Origin: Podarcis gaigeae
Lineage: Eukaryota
DNA length: 64,000 nucleotides
Reading direction: 5' to 3' (one strand)
Assembly: GCA_964106915.2 (NCBI GenBank)
Contig: OZ066914.1
The notes beneath the pieces are model-generated. The model did no database searches. It was given only the letters and a program-made list of their open reading frames with translations, and had not been told where the DNA came from. The translations under genes and the position numbers were made by a program. Shown here in pieces: positions 39,260-49,713 of the stretch; the stretch's first letter is position 1; the number at the start of each line of letters is the position of its first letter.

Positions 39260-40200
39260 CACTTTGTAGCTGGGACGCAGAGTTTACTCGAAATTGGCCC
39301 TCTAGCCGCCGTCTCCCCTTCTCCCACTTCTACCCGCCTCCACTGCACCAAAGAGCATGTACAGATTGCTCTCTCCTCTTCGAGGCGCAACTGCGGCTGT
39401 GGCGAGGGGTGCAAAGGGAAAGGCTCCAGTCCTGGTTTTGCTGCTCCCCTGTGTATCGGATGGGCTCGTGCAGACCTAGACGCCTCCTTCGGTGGTAGCA
39501 AAACAGCACGACTTTGACTCGCTTTTGTTTGCAGGAATTTACGCCGTGCGCTTCAAACTTCAAGTGCTTCGGTTTAAATCCGCAGGATTCTGAGTCACTG
39601 ATGCGCCAGTCCCTAAATCTCTGCTGCTGCTGCTCCTCCTCCTCTAACTCCCGTTGCGGACAGTCCCGCTCGTGAACTTGACTGGAAAGAGGCAAATCCC
39701 AGATAGGCAGCCCTCTTCGCTCTGCAGCAACGCGGAAACAAAAGGCTCCCTGGACGCAGGAGGCGTTTTGAGCACAGACCAAGCGTTGAGAGTCCTTCTT
39801 GCCGCGGTCTTTGCTCTGAAACTCCTCTCTGCAGCGGGCTGGGATGACGCGAGTTCCAGGCCCCCCTCGGCAACGCAGTTGCCCGCCCTTCTTGCCCTCA
39901 AAAGGAAGAAAGGTTTAAATAAAGAGGGAGGGGGGAGCTGATGAGCAACGGGCAAAGGTTGTGGAGAGTTAAAGAAGGGGAAGGAGCGCTTACTAGGTTT
40001 AGCTATTTATAACATCCCTTCAAATCAAGAAGATCAATGAGTACGAAATTGTTGGCGCCTGATGTCCGCTTTATTAAATATGACGCCAGTAGACGCGCAT
40101 TGGACCACCTTAGAGAGTGCGGAGAAAGGGGCTTGGGCTACTCCCCGTTAACTCTTCCTCGTGTAGAAAATAATCTGATGAATAATACACTGGATGTCTC
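39260..40200. promoter_or_regulatory. Upstream CpG island
   Basis: Abrupt rise in GC and CpG density relative to the CpG-poor 1-39 kb region. Confidence 0.7.
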
Positions 40201-40568
40201 CGCACAAATGAAAGCTAATTAGATTACATTGGAGACAAAATGAATCTATTTCCATTTACCGGTACATTTCTTTAAGCGCTACAACCATTCCTTGCTTTGG
40301 TTCTCTTGTGGAACCAGCGCATTGTAGTTGGGTGAGTTTGGGCGCTGCGAAGATTAGTTTTGAGAATACTGAGAGAGGGGAGGTTCTGGGGGTGTAATTT
40401 AACCACTACCGAGATCTTCTTGCATAGGAAAACTAGCTCTATATTATTCTTCAGCCAACTTCTAATGACTTCGGTAAAAGTGTGTGAGAGAGGGGCGGGA
40501 GGAAGCTCTGAAAAGGGAAATGTTATGAGCTTGGAAAACACCCTGTAACTCTCTTCCTAGTTCACTTA

Positions 40569-40760
40569 CAGATAGGTAGCCGTGTTGGTCTGCCATAGTC
40601 AAAACAAAACAAAATTCCTTCCAGTAGCACCTTAAAGACCAACTAAGTTAGTTCTTGGTATGAGCTTTCGTGTAAGTGTGCATGTACACGAAAGCTCATA
40701 CCAAGAACTAACTTAGTTGGTCTTTAAGGTGCTACTGGAAGGAATTTTTGTTTTGTTTTG
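40569..40760. mobile_element. Penelope-like element remnant in inverted (fold-back) form
   Basis: 13-bp TSD cctagttcactta (40556-40568, 40761-40773); ~75-bp inverted arms 40600-40674 and 40685-40760; motifs GTAGCCGTGTTGGTCTG, CACGAAAGCTCATACC and GTCTTTAAGGTGCTACTGGA resemble reptile Penelope terminal repeats. Confidence 0.75.
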
Positions 40761-42329
40761 CCTAGTTCACTTAGTTAATCACCCATTTGCAGTTATGTGA
40801 ATTTCCACTTCCAATTCATCGACGTGGCTAACAAAATTCTGCTAGTGTGTTTTTCACTGGAGACAAAGATGTCCGGTTGTTGTTACTACTTTATTGTTCC
40901 ACTTTCAAATTTAATAAATTAACAGTGCGCTAAAATGGCCAGAAATTTATGAGCAGATTCCTGTAGTTCGAACCCTACCTTATTTATTGAAGTCTCCTGC
41001 TCCGGACAGTGAAACTGTGACAAACAACACTAGTCCTTTAAGATGGATGGTTTGTCTCTTTTAATTTAGTTCATGTATTTTAAAGGGATTACTCTAATTT
41101 GGGGGGGGGGTCTGGGTGACACCAAGAGTAAAAAACAAATCTGTTCTATAACCCACAGCTGTATCTGCAATTGAATCGAAACCTTGGCCACGATTCAGCT
41201 ACAGTTTGGTACTTTTAAATGGCGTTTATTTAAATAGGATAATAGTAGTTAAGCTATCAACAGCGTGACTCTGTCATGTCTACTCAAATAACATTGGATT
41301 CAATGGGATTAACGATACACTCTTACCTAGAAGTAAGCCCCACTGAACGCACTTCTGAGTGAGTACAAGACTGCGCTGTAAGAAACACAGTAAGGAAAAC
41401 ATTTCAAAGTAAGATACAAATTATTTTATTTATGTTCTGATAAATAGTCCCACCACCACCGGTGTATATGCGTGAGCGGGCCACATTTTTCTTAATTTTT
41501 TTTTTAATCGTATGTTTTGATTCACGATTTTTATTTTCTTTTAAGCACACAGCAGTGCCTTCGGAAATAAGTCCTACTGTGTTCAGTGCGGTTGAGTCCC
41601 AAGTGTGCCCGACTCCTAAAAGGCCAAGAGAGCTGCCGGCCCAACTTTTTGGTAGTATACCTGATGCTTCAGCTCTGAGATAATGTGTGTTAATAGAAGT
41701 TTGCCAATGTCTTCAGTTGGAATCCGTGCTAGACATCTGAAGGGCATCAAACGAAGCAGGACATTGCTTGCATTCTTAAATTGCAAGTGTGCATTTCATA
41801 ATTTTATACACAGAGATATATAAAAGGCGGGTGAAATATTATTTTCCACAATGTGCACAAGGCCACTATACGTGAGTACATATATGTTCAAAACTCACGC
41901 TGATCCTAAATGCGTTTGCTTGAAATAATGCTGCATTGATTATAAGGGAAATTGTTTCCTCATAAGAGTGACTGGTTAGGATCGCAGCATGTACCCTGTA
42001 CTGTCCAGTTTGGGAAGCGTGCAAAAATTATAATCGTGTTCTTTTTACGGCTGCTGTTCTGTAACTAAAGCTTTTACTTACACATCGAAGCTACATGGGA
42101 AACAATGAGCCAGAGCTGCTTAGAGAATCTCGGGAATTCTCTAGGATGCGCAGAGTTGTCCAAAGGGCGCTTCAACTTTGCACTCGAAGATTGGATCCAA
42201 CAGTTCCTCCTTACCTGCTCAACCTCAAACATTTTTTAAACGCATCAAATATGCTCAGCATGTCTTTTTCTCTTCACCCCACTGCCCTAAAGATGACCTC
42301 GATGGATATTAACACATTGCTGAGCTGCT

Positions 42330-43030
42330 TGGGTTGATTTCGTCTGTGTTATGTCTCCCGTTGCGTTTTGTGGACAGAAGCCGGGAGAGGGGAGATTCCT
42401 CCCTTTTCCTGAAGATCTGTTACATTAAATCAAAACGCTGCCGTGGCCAGCCTGCAGCTGAAAGGCAGAGAGAAGAAGGCGCACGGGCTGAAGCGTCTAA
42501 AAAAAAAAGTCGAAAGACGTGGTGGAATGGGGTGTGTCCATTGCAGAGGTTCTGGCTTGAAGCGTAAGGAGACGTAGAGCCCTTGCTCGCAGGAGGGAGG
42601 CGGAGGCGGGGAGGTCTTTCGCGGCTCGCGTTTGTGCTTTGGGTGCAATAGGACGTGTTCCTCACATGTTCTTTTTCTAATTACCAGCAAGAAAGTTCTG
42701 CTTTCGTTGGGCTTGGCTTATTCAGCATATCCCCCCTCCCCAATGAGTCACACCGAACACGTAATCCCAACCGCTGCCTGAGTGACAGCGAGCCGGCGCG
42801 CAGGCTTCTTGTTGTCCCTTTAAAATCCGAATCCAAGGGTAATGATTTATCAAGCTCGTATTATCAAGAAAATGTCATACGAAGGGCACCTTGCTATGCA
42901 CTGACGCAAACCCAGTCTTTCCCACGGAGGTATAGAAAGCTTTGGTCTTGCCGGAGCAAAACCCAGTCTACCCATTTTGCCTGTGCTGCTGTTTTTACCT
43001 CTGCGGGTTCTATCTGATGCTACTTTAGAC
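42330..43030 (+). promoter_or_regulatory. SLC6A5 CpG-rich promoter / 5' UTR
   Basis: CpG-rich; GC boxes ~42596-42610, CCAAT 42740-42744 overlapping AP-1 TGAGTCA 42744-42750, TATA-like TTTAAAA ~42819; directly upstream of the ATG exon; TSS not determinable. Confidence 0.65.
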
Positions 43031-43033
43031 ATG
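43031..43033 (+). CDS. SLC6A5: SLC6A5 exon 1 coding part (initiator ATG only)
   Basis: gacATG|gtaagt with consensus donor; joins exon 2 to give MDYASQKEM (mammal MDCSAPKEM); strong Kozak context after splicing (G-3, G+4). Confidence 0.85.
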
Positions 43034-43306
43034 GTAAGTGATGGTGCTCTTGGTTTCCCCCTCTCTTTTCTGTTTCTTTTGGGAATGTTTAGGCTGGGGG
43101 GAAATTGTATTTTACTCTTAAAATGAAAAGTGGCTGCAAATTAAGTTTGGGGATGTGGTTCAGCCTGCAGCCCTGAATACACTTCCTTGAAAGTGAGCCC
43201 CACTGTACAAAGTGGAGGATGCTTCTCAGTGGAACATACATAAGCAGCGCACTTTTAGACTTGGGAAAGTGTCGACTGCAGTGGGGAGGGGACGAGTGGA
43301 GGCGTT

Positions 43307-43327
43307 GGCGCTGTCCAGGGTCCTGAA
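43307..43327 (-). promoter_or_regulatory. RE1/NRSE (REST site) in SLC6A5 intron 1
   Basis: Minus strand TTCAGGACCCTGGACAGCGCC versus consensus TTCAGCACCnnGGACAGCGCC: one mismatch, canonical spacing. Confidence 0.8.
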
Positions 43328-43819
43328 CGTCCACATTCCTGTGTAGAGAGCGTTCCGCATTCCTCTATATACTAAAGTGGCAGTCGGAAGGATAAGTGGG
43401 GAGGACATGCAAACATGTGGGTGTATTTCAGTGCAAGAGTAAAATTTGCTTTCTTTACTGAAGTTCTGAAGCTGCAGTTATTAATTATGCGCGTTTTGAG
43501 GGTTCTCGATCCTGAAATCCAAATGCGGACAATAAACTGGCTACATGTTTGCTTTTCAGAGTCGTAAAGGGTTATTCTCTTAAGGGCAGCAAAATGTGAC
43601 TTTCTAAAGTTGTGTGATTTTAGTTAGCACCGTTGTTTATTATAACACACACCTTCAAAAGGATTAAGAGATGTAAAAAGAGATGTAAAAAGTTAAAACA
43701 CAGGCTGGAAGAATGTGGCCAATATTTAATACTGGTACAGTACAGACGTCTTAAATATTAGCAATGCAATACTATACATGCCGACTCAGCCATTTTGTGT
43801 TAACTGAGACTTCCTCCCA

Positions 43820-43898
43820 AGTATAGTACAGTATAGTATAGTAATTATAGTATAGTATAGTATAGTATAGTATAGTATAGTATAGTATAGTATAGTAT
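43820..43898 (+). repeat. (TAGTA)n pentanucleotide microsatellite, SLC6A5 intron 1
   Basis: Direct observation. Confidence 0.95.
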
Positions 43899-44556
43899 TG
43901 CGGCCTAAAAAATAAACCTCTGGATTTTCCTGTGCTGAATGAGAAATAAATCCCATTTACTTCTGAGTAACATGCTGAGGATTGGAATTTCAGAAAATAC
44001 AGTTTAGCATTTGTTGTAATAGATAATGTGCCTTTAACGCTTCTTGCAGGCCTTTTCTTTTTTCCACCATTAGACTAAATTATTGAGAAAAATCATTACT
44101 GGGGGAATATAGGAACCAATATTATTGAGTTTCGCTATGTCTCGCTAGCTGCATCGAAGGGAGAATGCCGACCCCCCCCCAATCCAAAGCTAGTGTGCAT
44201 TGCTGAATGACAGAAAGGAAATGGGGCGTAAAATTAAAGAATCTTTCTACAATGGTGCTAGGAGAAAAGAGCATCCGATAGTCGTGATGAGAAAATCAAG
44301 GAGGTTTGCAAGCAGAGAGCTGGAAGCGATATTGCATCTATCTAATACTGGAATCTGAGGGCGCCGATGCAGTTCTAGCTTACAGTATGAAGATTAGCGA
44401 GGGGAGGGCTGCCTAAACCGAATCTGCTGCGACGCATTCGCGATTATCTTTAGCAGTGCAACCACAATACAAACACTTTATGTCAGGGACGGGCCCCTTG
44501 TCCTGTGGCAGGTCCGCTTTTGCTTCCCTCTTTTCAATGTGCCTCTGCTCTTTCAG

Positions 44557-45063
44557 GATTACGCCAGTCAAAAGGAGATGAGCAAACAGCTGGTGAACAG
44601 CCCCGAGTCAGCCGCCTCTGGGTCACTGGAAAGCGCCGGGATGATAAGGAACAGTCCCGAGACGGAGCACCCACAGAACCTGCCGTCCCAAGTCCCGTCC
44701 CAGCTGGCCAAAGTCGCCACCGCTCTCTCCAGCGACAACAAAACTTTGCCACCCGACGAAGCCAAGGCAAATGATTCCGAGAGGACCAAAGTTGGCATCT
44801 GCAAACTCGCCCCCGTGCAAGACTCTATAGACCCTTTCCCTCTCAAGAACGCCCCCAGCGCAGGGAACACCCTCCAGGCCCACATTGCCCCTTGCAAAAT
44901 CCCCCCGTTGCAAAGCACAGACGGGGAAGCTAATCAAAGTATTGGTAAGAGCACACTGGAGCAAAACAATGCCAAGGGCGCTTGGGTGAACATGAGCCAG
45001 AGCACCGTGGTCTTGGGCACAGATGGGATCACGTCTGTTCTCCCTGGCCGTACGGTCACTGAG
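44557..45063 (+). CDS. SLC6A5: SLC6A5 (GlyT2) exon 2, long cytoplasmic N-terminus
   Basis: ctctttcag acceptor, gag|gtaagt donor; 507 nt, 169 codons; GlyT2-specific blocks KEM..NSPE, CKIP, GKSTLEQNN, WVNMSQSTVVLGTDGITSVLPG. Confidence 0.96.
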
Positions 45064-47189
45064 GTAAGTCGTTTCCCCGTTACTGCCTTGTCTTTCTCTC
45101 TTTCTCTCTCTCTCTCCTCTCTCTCTCTTCCCCACCCCACGCCTAACACAAGTGGTTTGAACATAGGCGGATGTCCACCAATGCCACTTCCCACGCAAAA
45201 TGCATCCCCAGTAGAAACTTCGGGTATACTAAATCAGATTTAGGCTTGGCTGTGAGCAATCTTGAAAGTAGTCCTCCTCCTGCGTGCAGCAGAAAGAAGG
45301 AAAACGAGGGTCTGGAAATGATGACAATGATGAACTAGTTATTCTTCTCTCTTAAGCACACAGACTCGAAATAACTCTTCTCTCTCCTTCCTGGGGCTCA
45401 GGCACCAGTTAGGAGAAGGGAAGTGGATCTCCTCCAACAGATCATAATATGTGGCCATTATTGGACACTGGAGCACGAAAAGGGAAATCGATCTATAAGG
45501 CAAAATAGAAATTAGCTAAAATGTTTCCCTGTTGCTTACTTGGGAGTAAGTCTATTGAACAAGCTGGACTTACTTCCGAGTAAACATCCTGAGGCTGACT
45601 CTGCGTAACTACCCTGTTCAACGCACACATATTTCCTTCCACTCAACTGCGCAAAAAGTCATTCAGTATTCGCCTGAGTCTGGGAGGGAAACTGACACGC
45701 AAAAGCAAACAAATATGAGTATTTATTAATTTCTTAGCCGACCCGTTCCTAAGATTTTGGTGGGCAATGACAATTGTAATACACACGGGCGTATGTATAT
45801 TTCCACCTACTTCTGTGATTATGTATCTCTAGCTAGCTTGGCAGAGAGAAACCATAACAAAAAAGGATTAAGTCCCATTGGCCTCTTGTCGTTTGCTGCG
45901 GCGGGACCTGCCACCTCCAATCGAAAAATACTCATTACCTCGCACCGCTTTGTCTGAGCGCTATTCATAGCTGATTAACCTAATTAACCCGATCTCTTTT
46001 TCTCTCTCTGGCACGTGCGCGAGAAGAGTCCCCCTCCCCCTCAGAGGAGCATTTGTAGCTGCGACTCCAGTTTGCCAAAGTTCACTCTTCCTTCCCGGCT
46101 CTGAGCGTCCCCAGCGCCGCTGTCCAAAAGGGACCCTTGGGGAGCGCTCTTGCCTGTCGAGCAAACGGGGAAGGCAATCAAAGCGAACAACAAAAAACCA
46201 CCCAAGCAAAGAGCCAACCGTAGCAGGCCCTCTGCTCGAAGCCCCACTGGGCCCGGGCTCTGTGATCAATCACTCCATCTCAGACAGTTCAATCGTCACT
46301 CGGGGTCAGTGAGCAAGTCCCGGGCACTGCGGTGTGATGTAGAAATGGGGCCGGGCTGGTGAAAGCGCGCACCTGGTACCCTGGCAAGACAGTGGCCTCT
46401 GCTAAGATACAGAGGCGTCCACCGCTAGAGGCAGCGCTGTCTTTCTCCGCTCTGAAGGGTTGGTGCGGAGAAGAGCATGCTGCGCCCTCCCGTCCGCATT
46501 CACACAATCCGCATCAGCGCATCTATAGTCTTGGTTAAGGTGTCCGTTTGACTGCTTTTCTGGTCGTGAGGACAGCATCCTACTGCTCCCTCGTGAGCAG
46601 TACAAGTGCAAAGACATCAGATTATGTGGTTGGCTCCCCGTGGGCTTAAGATGTGCAGTTAAGGCCATGTACATCATTGTGGTTTGCAAAACCGGATTCG
46701 ACTGCACATTATAACCAGCGAAGGTTACGGTTGAAGCGTGAGAAGCTATCAAACGCAAATGTGCTCACTTTTCAGAATGCCGTTATCACATGCTCTCGAG
46801 TGAAGGACAGATATATCCGCCCACTTAGCACAATTAAGTTTCATCACTACGATTTAAAACGATCTAAGTGTCAGGGCGCAGAAGAACTACATTGGGTTAC
46901 GTTTCAGAAATTCCGCTGAGTTAGATCGAGATGGTTCATTTGTGGGCTCAGCTGCATGTGGTGGACCACGTTGCCTAAGTAGCGAGCAAATCTGAAGATT
47001 CAGTCCCCGCGGTGCATTTTTTGTTTATTCTTGCGATTTGATTCCTGCTACCCACGAGAAACTGGGTATTTTAATCCGTTTCCGAATAATCTACAGTTTG
47101 ACACAGTGTCCTCTTTGCCCTCCCTACAATGCAAACTGGTGTCCAACTAAAGAAAAAAGGAACTGAGTTAGTACACTTTTAAAATTAAA

Positions 47190-47593
47190 TTTATCTTCCG
47201 CTTTTCCTCCAAGCACCTCAAGTTGGCGTATTTGCTTCTTTCCCTCTCTATTTTCTCCTCACACAGCAACCCCATGAGGTTAGTTTGGAGCGATAATGTT
47301 CGGCCCAAGGTCGGGGATTCGAAGCCTGGTCTCCCAGATCGAAGCCGGACGCTCTAACCCCGTGGTTCCCAACATGGGGCACACCTCCACAGGGAGGCAA
47401 TTTGATTTTTAGGGGGGGGGGCAATTCGAGAATGTTTAGACCAAGTTAATGGCTTCCTCCACGTGAATTCACTTTTTGAATAATAAGAATTATATGGGAG
47501 GGGCAATCAAGATTTTAGAGATGCTTAGGTGGGGCATGGCCAAAAAAGGTTGGGAAACACTGCTCTAACCACTACACTACACCACACCGGCTC
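47190..47593 (-). mobile_element. tRNA-derived SINE split by the MITE
   Basis: Minus-strand head GAGCCGGTGTGGTAGTGTAGTGGTTAGAG...TTCGAATCCCC, continuous once MITE and one TSD are removed. Confidence 0.7.
47360..47562. mobile_element. hAT (Charlie-like) MITE nested in a SINE
   Basis: Ends CCGTGGTTCCCAAC...GTTGGGAAACACTG; perfect 8-bp TSD ctctaacc (47352-47359, 47563-47570). Confidence 0.85.
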
Positions 47594-48551
47594 CAGTTAA
47601 GCTCAAGCCAAGGAATCATTCGCCCTCAGTCGCGGCGGAGTTTACATTTCAGGGCCGCAACTTTTATTACATCTGATCTATTTTATTTCGATAATCGGCG
47701 CACCGCTTTGATCACGCTGTATCTGCCAAGCCGGGCGCGGGTGTTGTGTTCATGGGACGGGGCAGGATCGGGTCCGTGGGGAAGAAAACCTTCATCCTTT
47801 CTCCCCGCAGTCCCGATGAACCGCTGGGCTCAAGGGCGCCAATTTGAACAAAATATTGGCGAGGGGGGAGGTAATCGATCACATGACACGGTGCACGCCC
47901 AGTATTTGAATGGCAAATGCCCATCAACTTAGGGAAGCTGCCCCGCCTCCCAATATTTAACGGGGGCGAAGATCCCTCGCCTCGGCCCTTCGTCCAGAAA
48001 GGGAAACTGTCAGCCCTTCAGTGACAGAGGGACTTTGCCTTGCGGACAGGGGACATCCAAGGCCCTGGGGCGGCGTAGGCCTGGAAGAAGACAATGGCGG
48101 CCACTCAGCCCTGACGGGTCGAACCAAAGGCCAGCGCGCAGGTCGTGCGTCATGACGCGCTTGCTGCTGCAGCCCAGCGAAGCTGAGGAAGCCGGAATCT
48201 CCTCCTCCTTCTCCTCAGGACAGACTTTTCTTAGGACTTCGGGACCTTCCCCAGCGGCGCGCGCGCGTGTGGCGAGTTTAGTTAGGCTGAACTTCCATCA
48301 CCTCGCGCTCCCGTTCGGGTTCACCAAGCCCCGAGTTGGGTCTGGTAGCGTCGCCAGTGCCTTCAAGTGGTCCACAGGAGGACATTCCCCCCGAAAAATG
48401 CTTTGCCTCCTCCCCTCGGCCGAGCCCCTCCACCGAAGCGTCGTCCCTGTGTATGACTGAAGCTGTGTAGCCCCAGACCAGCTCCAAACCGGCGCTTCTC
48501 CTCGCCAAAGGCCTCTTTTCCCGCTTTCTTTAGCTCTTCAGTAAGTTCAAG

Positions 48552-48554
<3 letters not shown>

Positions 48555-48604
<50 letters not shown>
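48555..48604 (+). repeat. Compound (CT)n(CA)n microsatellite
   Basis: Direct observation. Confidence 0.95.
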
Positions 48605-49568
48605 GCCCCATTCCCGCCTCGCTGCTCTTCTTTCCCTAAGCAGTGACTGGAGGGAGAATGGACCGTGTGGTAACTGGGGGTTGAGGGATGGCAAACGACC
48701 AGGGGGACAGTTCACGCGCCCCGGGCAAATGCTCCCCAAAGCGCTGTGCGCAGCAGACAGTCGGCGCGAGTCATTACGGCGCCAGCTCGCCTCTCCCAAT
48801 CGCTTACTGCTTAACTCAGCCGCATGAAGCCTTGAAGTGGGTCCCTCGGCGCATCTCGGTCTCGCCTTAGGCACTGTCAGGTTTTCCGCTTTTGTTCTAG
48901 ACTTCTTCCCATTCCTGCCCCCATTAAAAGGGTGATGATGCGCGCCAGGCCCAGGGCAGGTTTGCTCCAAATACCACTGGAGTTTGCCTTCCACATTCAC
49001 TCGTGGGGGGTGCAGGCAGGGAAGCTGGCCAGGGATCTTCTTATGACCTCAAACTCGGAGGAGGACGTGATCAGAAGTCACTGTTAAGCTCTCATCGATT
49101 TCAACAAGGAGAGATTTAAACACATACATAACTCTGCCAATGGGACTTAAAAGTGCCTGGGGCTTTCTCTTGTTTTGTGACTGAGCCAACAGCAGATCAG
49201 CGAGTCCTAAGATTCCCAGCGAAGTACCTGTGGGAGTGAATCACCTCTAACTTTCCTAGAGGACATTTTCAGTTCATTCTTTCCCCACGCCACGATTAAA
49301 TGCTGTAGCTCTCAAGGGTCCCCTAAACATAAGACCTCTGTATTTTCTTGCTCCAATAGACGTTAACGCTGCAATTTATGTTTATGGTATGGACTGATGA
49401 ATAATAATAATAATAATCTATTATTATGTATATAATTATCAAACTAATTACTACTGCAACTACTGCGGTACAGTTTGCTTAGGGATGGCAGCTCAGACAT
49501 TCCGCATGTGAACTCGTTGTGTGCTATCGCGTCGATGTAATTGTGTTTTTGTTTCTGTCTCCCTCCAG

Positions 49569-49713
49569 CCGGAGGAGGAGGATGAAGGGGACGAAAATAA
49601 AGCCCGGGGAAACTGGTCTAGCAAGCTGGACTTCATCCTCTCCATGGTGGGTTATGCAGTAGGGCTGGGCAATGTCTGGAGGTTCCCGTACCTGGCCTTT
49701 AAGAATGGGGGAG
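49569..49713 (+). CDS. SLC6A5: SLC6A5 exon 3 (TM1), [48 protein letters not shown]
   Basis: ctccctccag acceptor, gtatgg donor; 145 nt; SLC6/NSS signature [12 protein letters not shown]. Confidence 0.98.

Noticed and set aside
39148-39955. ORFs of 80-150 aa in the upstream CpG island
   Set aside because: Stop-poor GC-rich sequence, no domain, mostly non-ATG starts
40675-40702. Active hammerhead ribozyme
   Set aside because: CUGANGA core missing on both strands; I found no complete hammerhead elsewhere by eye
44505-45198. Several overlapping ORFs (including 191 aa on the minus strand) over SLC6A5 exon 2
   Set aside because: By-product of a GC-rich coding exon and adjacent (CT)n; no recognisable protein
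46110-46445. Additional RE1-like half sites (GCTGTCC, GCGCTGTC)
   Set aside because: Only half sites, expected by chance in GC-rich DNA
48035-49000. 141-aa and 156-aa ORFs in SLC6A5 intron 2
   Set aside because: CpG-island composition and microsatellite-derived RERE/CVCV runs
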